Shown here: positions 33,295 through 42,053 of the stretch, piece after piece | Position numbering within the stretch: position 1 is the first letter of the stretch | Layout of the letters: the number at the start of each line of letters is the position of its first letter | Assembly: GCA_009693505.1 (NCBI GenBank) | Contig: SHXD01000010.1 | Span: 670-64,669 of the forward strand | Source: Limnohabitans sp. | Lineage (GTDB): Bacteria; Pseudomonadota; Gammaproteobacteria; Burkholderiales; Burkholderiaceae_C | Direction of reading: 5' to 3' | DNA: 64,000 nucleotides | Position numbers and translations under genes: made by a program | The notes under the pieces: model-generated | Database searches by the model: none | Told to the model about the DNA's origin: nothing | What the model saw: the letters and a program-made list of their open reading frames with translations, nothing else

Positions 33295-34566
33295 TTAGGC
33301 TTGCGCTTGGGCCTTGCTTTGACCGCGCTGCACATTGATGGGCCACAACAAAGCCAAACCAACAAGGAACAAAACAGCGGTAGCACCAATGGCCAAGCGC
33401 TGATTGCCGGACGTGAACCAAGTGATCAATCCATAACCCAATGGGCCCACAATGCTGGCCAGTCGAATGGCAAATGTCCACAAGCCAAAAAACTCAGCCA
33501 AACGATGGCTTGGAATGAACAAGCCGGCCATGGCCCTGCCAGTGGATTGGCTGGAACCCATGCAAACACCCGCCAAGGCAGCCGCCCACCAAAAAACTTC
33601 TTTGCTGGTGGTCAGCGCTGCCAACACACAGGTGATACTCCACCCCACCAAAGTGATCGCCAGCGCCAATTTGTGACCGATGCGATCTTGCACATACCCA
33701 AACACCAAAGCGCCAACCAAGGCCGCAATGTTCAACACAAAGATAAGGGCCATGGTTTCTTGCGGCTGAAATCCAATGACCTGTTCGGCGTAAATGGCAG
33801 CCAAGGTAATGGCCACAGCCACACCGCCTTGATAGGCCACTGCACACGCCATGAGTTGCATGAAATCTTTGTAGGCTTTGGCTTCTTGAAAGGTTTGACG
33901 CAACTGTTGCCACTGACTTTTTGAACGCTCTCGCGCAGCTTGCGGTTTGGCGTGTTCCTTGATGAGTGCAAAGGTAACGCATGCGGCCAGCGCATAAATA
34001 AGGGCTGTGATAATCATGGTGACCGGGACAAACTGTCCTGCATTCTGTCCCTGGCCTTGTGCCCAGAGCACATAGCTCAAGCAAATGCCCAAAGTCAGCA
34101 TGCCGCCCAAATAACCCCATGCCCATCCCCATGCACTGACTCGTCCCATGGCCTCGGGTGTGGCCAGTTCAGGCAAAAACGCCGCTGTTAAGGATTCGCC
34201 ATAAGAGAAAAAAGTGTTGGAGATCACAATGCAAACAACCGCTAAAGCCACCTGACCCGGCCCCACCCAAGCCAAGGCTGCAGTACTGACCACGCAGGCG
34301 GCTGTAAAAGCCATGAGCATTTTTTTCTTAGCGGCGTGTCGATCGGCCCACTCTCCCAAGGCTGGCATGGTGAGCATGACAATGGCATAGGACACACTGA
34401 GCGCACTGGTCCAAGCCAAAGTGGCCCACTCTGCTTGGTCGGCCACGCCGCCCACAAAGTACGCCGCAAAGACCGCCGTGATGACCACCGTGGTATAGCC
34501 AGAATTGGCGAAGTCATACATAGCCCAGCCAAAGACTTCTCTGCGCTTTACACCTGGATTGAGCAT
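33295..34566 (-). CDS. MFS transporter (Atg22/UMF1-like)
   Basis: WAMYDFANSGY, FLPELA, GRVSAWGW; 12 TM helices. Confidence 0.85.
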   Translation of the reverse strand: MLNPGVKRREVFGWAMYDFANSGYTTVVITAVFAAYFVGGVADQAEWATLAWTSALSVSYAIVMLTMPALGEWADRHAAKKKMLMAFTAACVVSTAALAWVGPGQVALAVVCIVISNTFFSYGESLTAAFLPELATPEAMGRVSAWGWAWGYLGGMLTLGICLSYVLWAQGQGQNAGQFVPVTMIITALIYALAACVTFALIKEHAKPQAARERSKSQWQQLRQTFQEAKAYKDFMQLMACAVAYQGGVAVAITLAAIYAEQVIGFQPQETMALIFVLNIAALVGALVFGYVQDRIGHKLALAITLVGWSITCVLAALTTSKEVFWWAAALAGVCMGSSQSTGRAMAGLFIPSHRLAEFFGLWTFAIRLASIVGPLGYGLITWFTSGNQRLAIGATAVLFLVGLALLWPINVQRGQSKAQAQA

Positions 34567-34611
34567 AGCAAGTGGGCCAAGGCCTGATGGCATTTAAATT
34601 TGAATTTGAAC

Positions 34612-35247
34612 TCAGTGCAAATGGCGTGGCCGACGGCCCCCGCCATGACCACCACCTTGTGATCCGCCACCACCACTGCCCCTAGGCGGCTTGCCCAATT
34701 CGAGGGAGCTGACCAAATCGCTAAAGCGCTCAGAGAACAGCTTGTCAATTTCTTGGACCACACCACTGAGTTCTGAGCCATCAAAATGGCGCTCCATGAG
34801 GCCTATTACATCTTGAACCAGCAAATCTCGTTGAGCCTGCATGATGGAAGCAGGATCGGGGCCCACAAAGAGAATGAGGAAATCATCGCGTGACTCAGCG
34901 CCGCGCGATTCATCTTCATCTTCAAACTCAGTGTCGTAAAACGTGATTTCTAGCTGTGCGCCCGCTGCCGAAATTTCGTTGATGTTCATGCAGAGATCGT
35001 CTAGCACTTGGCGAAAATCCTCGTCGCCGCGGACGGTCCAGCACAGTTGGAGTTTGTGATCGGCTGCTTCAAAGCGAATACCAGGCTCTTCTTCGTAAAG
35101 GCTTTGAGCACCTTCGGTGAGAGATTTAGCGCCTGCGTATTTCCAAAGGGGCTTGGCGGCTTCTTGAAGTGCCTTGAAGTCCACGTCATCACGCAACAGG
35201 ATTTCACCATGAACATGAATTTCAAAGGGTGCGCTTAAGGATGTCAT
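34612..35247 (-). CDS. Conserved hypothetical acidic protein with Gly/Arg-rich tail
   Basis: Clean 211-aa ORF directly downstream of tRNA-Leu; resembles from memory a Burkholderiales unknown-function family (DUF6806-like, unverified). Confidence 0.7.
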   Translation of the reverse strand: MTSLSAPFEIHVHGEILLRDDVDFKALQEAAKPLWKYAGAKSLTEGAQSLYEEEPGIRFEAADHKLQLCWTVRGDEDFRQVLDDLCMNINEISAAGAQLEITFYDTEFEDEDESRGAESRDDFLILFVGPDPASIMQAQRDLLVQDVIGLMERHFDGSELSGVVQEIDKLFSERFSDLVSSLELGKPPRGSGGGGSQGGGHGGGRRPRHLH

Positions 35248-35265
35248 GGCGGTCTACTTAGTCGA

Positions 35266-35358
35266 TGGTGCCCCGGGCCGGAATCGAACCGGCACGCCCG
35301 CTATGAACGAAGCGGCGGATTTTAAGTCCGATGTGTCTACCAATTTCACCACCGGGGC
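35266..35358 (-). tRNA. tRNA-Leu(TAA)
   Basis: Reverse complement GCCCCGGTGGTGAAATTGGTAGACACATCGGACTTAAAATCCG...GGTTCGATTCCGGCCCGGGGCACCA; long variable arm. Confidence 0.96.
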
Positions 35359-35399
35359 TAAAGCTGTATTGTGCCTTCAAGTTGAGCTTTTTTGAAAAT

Positions 35400-35427
35400 A
35401 AAAAGCCCTCATCAGAGGGCTTTTATT
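35400..35427. terminator. Terminator hairpin after small basic ORF
   Basis: AAAAGCCCTC-ATCA-GAGGGCTTTT. Confidence 0.75.
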
Positions 35428-35468
35428 GATCCCAAAGTGAAAACTATGGACGCAATGATTTCAAGGCA

Positions 35469-35639
35469 TTAACCGCCTTTTTTGGCGCGTTTGCCAGGGT
35501 TCTTTTTGCTGCGAGTGCCTACGCCGCGCTCTAAACTGACGCGTTGGCCGCGGCCGGTTGTGGGTAAAGTGACGCCTGGCAATGCCTTCAAGGGCGGTGT
35601 GTATTTGCGATCAGCTTCGGTAACAATCTTATTGCCCAT
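35469..35639 (-). CDS. Small basic hypothetical protein (56 aa; below the ORF-track cut-off)
   Basis: MGNKIVTEADRKYTPPLKALPGVTLPTTGRGQRVSLERGVGTRSKKNPGKRAKKGG*; GGAG RBS just upstream and terminator downstream. Confidence 0.65.
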   Translation of the reverse strand: MGNKIVTEADRKYTPPLKALPGVTLPTTGRGQRVSLERGVGTRSKKNPGKRAKKGG

Positions 35640-35705
35640 CAGTGGCTCCAGGAAAAAAGTTCAAGGCGATATTAGGCCACAGATTCGGATCAACTCCGGT
35701 CTGTG

Positions 35706-35945
35706 AGCCAAAATTTGATTCAAAGAGACATGAGGGGGCTGAAACATTTGAGATAAAAAGCCGCCATGGCAACAGGCGGGCTCAAAAATGCAGTTTGCAA
35801 ATTCAAGGCAACCAGGAGTCCAAAAAACAAGGGGTTGATGACAAAGTGTGGCAGCAATGGAATAAAGATAGGCATGAAAATCACAATGATTTCAGTCCAC
35901 TTTAAAGGCCAACCGAGCAAGAAAATAACCACTTGCGCCATTAAA
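35706..35945 (-). pseudogene. C-terminal fragment of TRAP transporter large permease (DctM), frameshifted
   Basis: VIFLLGWPLKWTEIIVIFMPIF...NLQTAFLSPPVAMAAFYLK continues in another frame as PHVSLNQILA; the rest of dctM and dctPQ are absent. Confidence 0.8.
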
Positions 35946-35997
35946 TTAGAAATTGCCAGCTTTTGAAAAGCAGGCAGCAACGCGGCCTGAGATTCAC

Positions 35998-36678
35998 TCA
36001 TGACCCCAAAGCTGTCTTGGCTTTGTCAGGCGAGCCTTCCAAACCAGCCAAAAGGGCTTTGTTGTCGCCGCCAATGATCATTTCAAACTTGTTGTCTACG
36101 TAGGTGTAGTCGTAGTAGCCCATGCGGGCCAATGGTTTCATTTTGAGCACATCGAGCATGCCCTTGCCATCGATCATTTCATCGTCAATGTGAATGGCGA
36201 CGACCTTGCCGAACACCACATCGGCGGTGCCAAATGGCGGCTCACCCGGAAACCGCAAGGTATTCAAATACACGCATTCAAACTGAATGGGCGACCCTGC
36301 CACTCGCATAGGCTTAACCCTGCGGGATGGCAGTTTTTGCAGCTTTGCATGCTCAAACTCGTCAACGCCATGCGGCAACTCTTCAGCCGTGAGGTTCACG
36401 GCATGTCTTAAGTCGTAAGTGGCCATGTTCCAAACAAACTCACCTGTATCTTCAGCGTTGCGAACAGAGTCTTTGCGAATGCCCTGTGTGGTTTGGTTGG
36501 CCGAGAACATCACAATCGGTGGATTGAAGGTGATATTTTGAAACTGGCTGTAAGGGGCCAAATTGTGTCTGCCTTCGCGGTTCACCGTGGAAATCCATCC
36601 AATGGGCCTAGGAATCACACAAGACTTGAAGGGGTCATAGGGTAAGCCATGAGGAGTAACGCCAGGTTCGTAATACAT
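35998..36678 (-). CDS. Flavin reductase-like FMN-binding protein
   Basis: PRPIGWISTV...NLAPYS, KDSVRNAE..GEFVWN, PLARMG. Confidence 0.88.
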   Translation of the reverse strand: MYYEPGVTPHGLPYDPFKSCVIPRPIGWISTVNREGRHNLAPYSQFQNITFNPPIVMFSANQTTQGIRKDSVRNAEDTGEFVWNMATYDLRHAVNLTAEELPHGVDEFEHAKLQKLPSRRVKPMRVAGSPIQFECVYLNTLRFPGEPPFGTADVVFGKVVAIHIDDEMIDGKGMLDVLKMKPLARMGYYDYTYVDNKFEMIIGGDNKALLAGLEGSPDKAKTALGS

Positions 36679-36770
36679 TTTGGAATGACCAAGTAATTAA
36701 TTGAACACTGCAACACATCGCAGTCTGCTATCTTCAGGCTCTGATTTTGCCTTCTTATTTACAAGCCGTC

Positions 36771-37238
36771 ATGAGTCTTCAATCCGTCAAAGCATTCTTT
36801 CAACAACTTGAGCTGAATTTACCCATCATTGAACTCGATGTGAGTACGGCCACAGTAGCATTGGCCGCAGAAGCGCATGGTGTAGAGCCCGGCCAAATTG
36901 CAAAAACACTCGCCTTCAGACTGAACGACGATCGGGTGCTATTGGTGGTTGCCAAAGGCGATGCACGCATCGATTACAAGAAATTCAAAGACGCATTTGG
37001 CAAGGGTAAGATGCTAGGCTTGGATGAGGTGGTCGAAATGACAGGCCATCCGGTTGGCGGCGTGTGTCCCTTTGGCTTGGCGCAAGCCCTTCCCGTTTAT
37101 TTAGATGTATCTCTTCAAATCTATGTGGAGGTCATTCCAGCCGCAGGCTCTGTCAACAGCGCTGTTCGCATCAGTCCCGAACTTATGTTACAAATAACCC
37201 AAGGCCAATGGGTCGATGTGTGCCAATCTGTGGCGTAA
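36771..37238 (+). CDS. YbaK/EbsC family aminoacyl-tRNA deacylase-like protein
   Basis: TATVALAA, QIAKTL, TGHPVGGVCPFG, PAAG. Confidence 0.88.
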   Translation: MSLQSVKAFFQQLELNLPIIELDVSTATVALAAEAHGVEPGQIAKTLAFRLNDDRVLLVVAKGDARIDYKKFKDAFGKGKMLGLDEVVEMTGHPVGGVCPFGLAQALPVYLDVSLQIYVEVIPAAGSVNSAVRISPELMLQITQGQWVDVCQSVA

Positions 37239-37244
37239 GATCAC

Positions 37245-37316
37245 AATTTCCATTTCCATTTCCATTTCCATTTCCATTTCCATTTCCATTTCCATTTCCA
37301 TTTCCATTTCAATTTT
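37245..37316 (+). repeat. Hexanucleotide microsatellite (CATTTC)x10 with degenerate flanking units
   Basis: Ten perfect units at 37251-37310, flanked by AATTTC and AATTTT. Confidence 0.97.
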
Positions 37317-37328
37317 AAAGGATCAATC

Positions 37329-37910
37329 ATGGAAGCCCAAGACACCAGCGAGCTCATGGAGCAAAAAGCCCATGGCGACAAAAATCAAAATCGCTCTGCC
37401 CTCACCATTTCCATCTTGGCCATGGTCTTGGCCATTGCCAGCCTAGGCGGCTCCAATGCCATGAAAGAAGCCACCCAAGAAAACATCTTGGCAGCCAATG
37501 CCTACGCTTTCTACCAAGCCAAAAACATCCGTCAAACGTCTTTCAAACTGGCCGCTGCCGACCTAGAGTTGCAACTTGCCCGCGAGCCCAACATGAACCC
37601 CACCGCCAAGGCGATGTTTGAAAAGAAAATAGAAGATTACAAAAAAACAGCTGATCGCTACGAGTCCGAACCAGAAAACAAAGAAGGCAAAAAAGAATTG
37701 ATGGTCAGAGCCAAAGCGCATGAGGCTACACGTGATCACGCCATGCTTCAAGACCCTTGGTTTGATTACGCTGAAGGTGCTTTGCAAATTGCCATTGTTT
37801 TACTCTCAGTTTCAATCGTTGCCTCCATGCCCATTTTGTATTGGGCAGGCACGCTGTTAGGGGCGCTGGGATTTGTGAGCACGGTCAACGGCTACTTCTT
37901 GTTTTTCTAA
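37329..37910 (+). CDS. DUF4337-like membrane protein
   Basis: TM helix, AFYQAKNIRQ, coiled segment, LQIAIVLLSVSI C-terminal TMs; AAGGA RBS. Confidence 0.75.
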   Translation: MEAQDTSELMEQKAHGDKNQNRSALTISILAMVLAIASLGGSNAMKEATQENILAANAYAFYQAKNIRQTSFKLAAADLELQLAREPNMNPTAKAMFEKKIEDYKKTADRYESEPENKEGKKELMVRAKAHEATRDHAMLQDPWFDYAEGALQIAIVLLSVSIVASMPILYWAGTLLGALGFVSTVNGYFLFF

Positions 37911-37917
37911 CTGGGCC

Positions 37918-38979
37918 ATGACCAGCAAATCAAGCATGTCGCCAGCTCTTCAAGAAGCCATTCAGTTCATTGAAAAGTGCGAGACGCCATGGTCTCGCGA
38001 CAACTCGCCCCCTTGGGGCATTCACGAGGTAGACCCGCCGCCCTACAACCGCTTGTATGGCCCGGTTCATGGGCGAGGGCCAGTGTCGGGTATTATTTTT
38101 CACAAGCATTTGCAGCTGGCTGAGTGGGGTGAACCCCACAAAGCCGACCTCACCTTCAGCGTGGCCAAAACATATTTAGCCCTTCTGGCTGGCATCGCTT
38201 TTGATCAAGGGCTGCTGCCAGATGTTCACGAACCTGTGATTCAAAAGTGTCCGGGTATTGGCTTTGAGGGTGAACGTTTAAACAGAATCACTTGGCATTA
38301 TTTGCTACAACAAACCAGTGAGTGGGAAGGCACATGCCTTGGCATTCCCGAACAAGTCGACCGTTATCGCTGGTTGACCTACCAGCCCGGAAAAGCCGAC
38401 GGCATCAAGGGTGACGCCAGGCCCCTAGGCGAGCCAGGCTCAAGGTTTGAGTACAACGACGTTCGAATCAACCAACTCTCTTTGGCTTTGTTGCATTTGT
38501 TCAAGCGTCCTCTGCCTGAAGTATTTGAAGAGTTTTTCCGAAAGCCTTTAGGATGTACCGATGAGTTTCAATGGGTCGGCTATGAGCAAGGATGGACCGA
38601 TGTCAACGGGCAACGCATGATGTCGGTACCTGGGGGAAGCCATTGGGGTGGTGGCGTTTCTATCTCCGCCGTGGACCAAGCCCTCATCGGCATGATGCTC
38701 ATGGGCAATGGCAATTTCAATGGCAAACAAATTCTGTCTGCCAAATGGCTTGACATGATGCAACAGCCTTGCGACGTTGCGTCCTACTACGGCTACCTCA
38801 TTTGGCTGAACAAAGATGGCGTTTTGTTCAAAGACGCACCTTGCAGTTCATGGTTTGCCCTTGGTGCTGGCTCATCTATCACATGGGTAGACCCCCAACT
38901 CGAACTGGTTTGCGTTTTGCGTTGGATCGAAGCGGCCAAAACCAATGACTGCATTGCACGCATCATGCGGGCGTTATGA
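37918..38979 (+). CDS. Serine hydrolase, beta-lactamase/NylB-like family
   Basis: SVAK (SxxK), LLQQTS, FEYND, HWGGG, YGYLIW. Confidence 0.85.
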   Translation: MTSKSSMSPALQEAIQFIEKCETPWSRDNSPPWGIHEVDPPPYNRLYGPVHGRGPVSGIIFHKHLQLAEWGEPHKADLTFSVAKTYLALLAGIAFDQGLLPDVHEPVIQKCPGIGFEGERLNRITWHYLLQQTSEWEGTCLGIPEQVDRYRWLTYQPGKADGIKGDARPLGEPGSRFEYNDVRINQLSLALLHLFKRPLPEVFEEFFRKPLGCTDEFQWVGYEQGWTDVNGQRMMSVPGGSHWGGGVSISAVDQALIGMMLMGNGNFNGKQILSAKWLDMMQQPCDVASYYGYLIWLNKDGVLFKDAPCSSWFALGAGSSITWVDPQLELVCVLRWIEAAKTNDCIARIMRAL

Positions 38980-38995
38980 AGAAGAAGATTACTCT

Positions 38996-39574
38996 TCAAT
39001 CCTTCATCACCTTTAAACACAGCGAAGCCAATTCTTCTTGGCAGATCAATTGAACCGCGTTGGCTTTTGCAAATTTAAGTGCCACGCCGGTGGGCAAGCT
39101 CAGACTGACACATGCAGCATAAGCAGCATCTTGCGAGACTTGCAAGGCCTTCAAATCACGTAAAACTTCGACCCCCAAGGTGGCAGCCTTCCAACGCTTG
39201 CAACTGACCAAGGTGACCTTGCCTGATTTTTCCAACTGCAATTCTGCTGCGCTCGAGTTCAATGGCATCACACTGAAGCCTTGCTCAACAAAGGCTTGCT
39301 CCATGATTGGCAAAAATTGCTTCCATGACATATCGGCCAAGTGGGTCAAGGCCAAAGAGACACGTTCAGGCGAAGGCTTGTCGCGCTGCCGCCAAGCGGC
39401 AATGATTCCAAGCACAGCAAATGGCAACGCGCTTAGCATTCCGACAGCCCGGAAAGCCTCAGGCAAGAAGACGCGTGCGAGCAGCATCATCACTACAGCT
39501 ATCAAAAAACTCCACCACCATGGCGAGCGCAACAAAATCGCAAACAGCGATTTTTCTGACATTTTTAATTTCAT
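38996..39574 (-). CDS. Membrane-anchored Mrr-like restriction endonuclease-fold protein
   Basis: Two N-terminal TMs, then MSWKQF..QGF...ELQLEK...LVSCKRWK...GVEVLRDL. Confidence 0.7.
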   Translation of the reverse strand: MKLKMSEKSLFAILLRSPWWWSFLIAVVMMLLARVFLPEAFRAVGMLSALPFAVLGIIAAWRQRDKPSPERVSLALTHLADMSWKQFLPIMEQAFVEQGFSVMPLNSSAAELQLEKSGKVTLVSCKRWKAATLGVEVLRDLKALQVSQDAAYAACVSLSLPTGVALKFAKANAVQLICQEELASLCLKVMKD

Positions 39575-39633
39575 TGAAAGTTTCGCTTGCTCAAATTCAA
39601 ATGATGTAATTTGAGTGGTTTGTCTGCATTGGC

Positions 39634-40047
39634 CTATTTGGCAAACAAACTGGCGGGGTTTGCAAATGCCTTGAATTCCACGGCATTGCCACAGGGGTCT
39701 AAGAAAAACATAGTGGCTTGCTCTCCGACTTGGCCTTTGAAGCGAATGTGCGGCTCAATGACAAACTGAGTGCCCACCTTTTTCAACTTGTCTGCAAGCG
39801 CCTCCCACTGCCCCATTTCCATGACCAAGCCAAAATGCCGCACCGGGACATTGTCACCATCTACAGCGCTGGTGTTGTGATGCCCCGCTTCTGAAGGACT
39901 GAGGTGGGCCACAATTTGGTGACCATGGAAATTGAAATCGATCCACTCTTCACTAGAGCGGCCCTCAGGACAACCCAACAGGTCGCCATAAAACGCCCTA
40001 GCTTTGGCCAAGGATGTGACGGGAAATGCCAAGTGAAAGGGTTGCAT
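39634..40047 (-). CDS. VOC/glyoxalase family protein
   Basis: FHLAFPV, FYGDLLGC, GHQIVAH, RHFG, DPCGNAVEFK. Confidence 0.9.
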   Translation of the reverse strand: MQPFHLAFPVTSLAKARAFYGDLLGCPEGRSSEEWIDFNFHGHQIVAHLSPSEAGHHNTSAVDGDNVPVRHFGLVMEMGQWEALADKLKKVGTQFVIEPHIRFKGQVGEQATMFFLDPCGNAVEFKAFANPASLFAK

Positions 40048-40134
40048 GCTGTTCTCAGTGAAGATTCAAAAAATGTGATTTTGCCTCAAACCAGCGGCTC
40101 TTTATCAAACCGAGCTGGATCAATTTTCACAGGC

Positions 40135-41028
40135 TTAAGACTTCAAAGTTCGATTGAACAATTCGAGTGTACGGCTCCAAGACAAATCTGCAGCTGCCTG
40201 ATTGAACCTAGGCGTTGAATTGTTGTGAAATCCGTGTTGAGTACCCGCATAAAAATGCGCCTCCGATTTAATGCCATAGGTCTTTAATCCGCTTTCATAG
40301 GCCGCCCAAGTGGTGTTGATACGGGGGTCATTTTCTGCAAAATGGATGACCAACTGCGCTTTGATTTTGCCCACATTCTCAGAGGCTGCAGGCTCGCCAT
40401 AGTAAGGGGCGCCCGCCTGAACTGCATCGCCCATTTCAGCCGCCAACGCATTGGTCATGCCGCCACCCCAACAAAAACCAGTGATGCCCAACTTGCCTGA
40501 ACAAAGCGCATGATTTTTTAAAAACACGGCGCCGTTCAACATGTCGGTTTGCAGCTTTGCTCGCGAGAGTCCATCCTGGAGTTTTTTGCCATCCTCGTCA
40601 TTGCCAGGATAGCCACCCACTGGGTACAATCCATCAGGCGCTAGCGCCAAAAACCCGGCAGCAGCCAAGCGTCTGGCGACATCCTCAATGTAAGGATTCA
40701 AACCACGATTCTCATGAATGACCAGCACTGCCGGAAATTTTGTAGGGGTGGCCGAAACAGGCTGCACCAAATAACCCCTCATTTCGCCCGAACTACCACC
40801 TAGCGATGCATATTTCACATAACTGGCTTTGATGCGAGGGTCTGTGAAAGAAATGATTTGCGCATTGGCATACCTTGGAAACAGGGCTTGGGCCATGGCC
40901 ATACCACCCACCACCAGCGCACTGGCTTTGGCCAGAAATTCCCTTCGGTCCATGCCGCCATGGCAGTACTCGTCGTAAAGCGAGTAAATACGGGGGTCTA
41001 TTTCTACTGAAGTTTGATGTGAGTCCAT
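40135..41028 (-). CDS. Dienelactone hydrolase family (YghX-like)
   Basis: LYDEYCHGGMDRREFL N-terminus, HENRGLN, GFCWGG, HGFHN. Confidence 0.9.
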   Translation of the reverse strand: MDSHQTSVEIDPRIYSLYDEYCHGGMDRREFLAKASALVVGGMAMAQALFPRYANAQIISFTDPRIKASYVKYASLGGSSGEMRGYLVQPVSATPTKFPAVLVIHENRGLNPYIEDVARRLAAAGFLALAPDGLYPVGGYPGNDEDGKKLQDGLSRAKLQTDMLNGAVFLKNHALCSGKLGITGFCWGGGMTNALAAEMGDAVQAGAPYYGEPAASENVGKIKAQLVIHFAENDPRINTTWAAYESGLKTYGIKSEAHFYAGTQHGFHNNSTPRFNQAAADLSWSRTLELFNRTLKS

Positions 41029-41162
41029 TTTGCATCCTTTGACAAAAGATATTAATAGAATCTCAATAACCCTGCAGTCCATACCCTTCCATTCGAGGCA
41101 TGTATCACCTTCCCTATTGTTTTTCTTTATGATGCAGAAGAACAAATGAATGAAAAAATACA

Positions 41163-41363
41163 GTGGCTACACCTCCACCCTTTTTAGATCAAGTTAATTG
41201 CTGGCAGTGCAAGCACTTTGCCACCAGTTGGGATCCCAAAATGCCCTATTCGTGCAAATTGCTCGGCTTTAAGTCTCAAGTCTTGCCCAGCATTCAGGTC
41301 ATGAATTCAGATGGTCGTCCTTGCTTAGGATTTGAAGCAAAGCCTTCAACTCAAAGCACCTAG
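41163..41363 (+). CDS. Small Cys-rich hypothetical protein
   Basis: 66 aa from GTG; CWQCKH...YSCKLLGFKS..LPS...C pattern (4 Cys). Confidence 0.6.
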   Translation: MATPPPFLDQVNCWQCKHFATSWDPKMPYSCKLLGFKSQVLPSIQVMNSDGRPCLGFEAKPSTQST

Positions 41364-41416
41364 AACCTCGGGTTTATCCTCCCACTGCCCATTTAGCGAG
41401 TGCCTAAAATTTAGTC

Positions 41417-42007
41417 ATGAACGAACGACTTTCTCAAATCTCTTACGACGCCCTGCCCGCTTCCGTGAAGCCATTGGCAGATGACATTCTCAAAATATCC
41501 AGTGCCGCTCTTGGCGGGCCCTACAACGCTTTGTTGCGAAGCCCCGAAATGGCGAGAAGGTGCTTTGACTTCTTGGATTACCTGAGGTTTCGAACCTCGG
41601 TCAACAAGCGACTCAATGAATTTGCCATTTTGATTCAGGCACGCATTTCCAATGCGCAATATGAATGGTGGGCGCACGAAACCATTGCCAGAAAAGCCGG
41701 CTTGTCCGATGCTGTCATGAAGGACCTCCAAGCCTGCAAACGACCGACCAGCATGGTGGACGATGAGCGCTTGGTCTATGACTACTGCATTCAACTCAGC
41801 TTAAACCACAGAGTGCCCGATGCGCTTTGGCAAGAAGCCGTGAACAAAATGGGGGAGCAGGCGGTCATTGACCTCACTGTTTTGTCAGGCACTTACGTCA
41901 TGGTGTCTATGCTTTTGAATGCCACGCAAGTGGGTATTCCGGGTGGCGGTGAGTTTCCGTTGGAAGTTTTAGACCCCACAGACATTCGAAAACGCTTGCT
42001 CGCTTGA
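41417..42007 (+). CDS. Carboxymuconolactone decarboxylase/AhpD-like family protein
   Basis: GPYNALLRSPE, LRF, EFAIL...YEWWAH, G.Y.MVSMLLN. Confidence 0.8.
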   Translation: MNERLSQISYDALPASVKPLADDILKISSAALGGPYNALLRSPEMARRCFDFLDYLRFRTSVNKRLNEFAILIQARISNAQYEWWAHETIARKAGLSDAVMKDLQACKRPTSMVDDERLVYDYCIQLSLNHRVPDALWQEAVNKMGEQAVIDLTVLSGTYVMVSMLLNATQVGIPGGGEFPLEVLDPTDIRKRLLA

Positions 42008-42053
42008 TTGACATTCAAGCCTTCCATTCAACAAAGAAAAAGAGACGCACACC

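Noticed and set aside
37064..37446. ORFs with (FP)n and (IS)n dipeptide runs
   Set aside because: Translations of the CATTTC microsatellite that overlap real genes in other frames.
37918..38979. Antibiotic-resistance beta-lactamase
   Set aside because: No signal peptide or class A/C/D KTG-type motif; better fits the general esterase/amidase branch.
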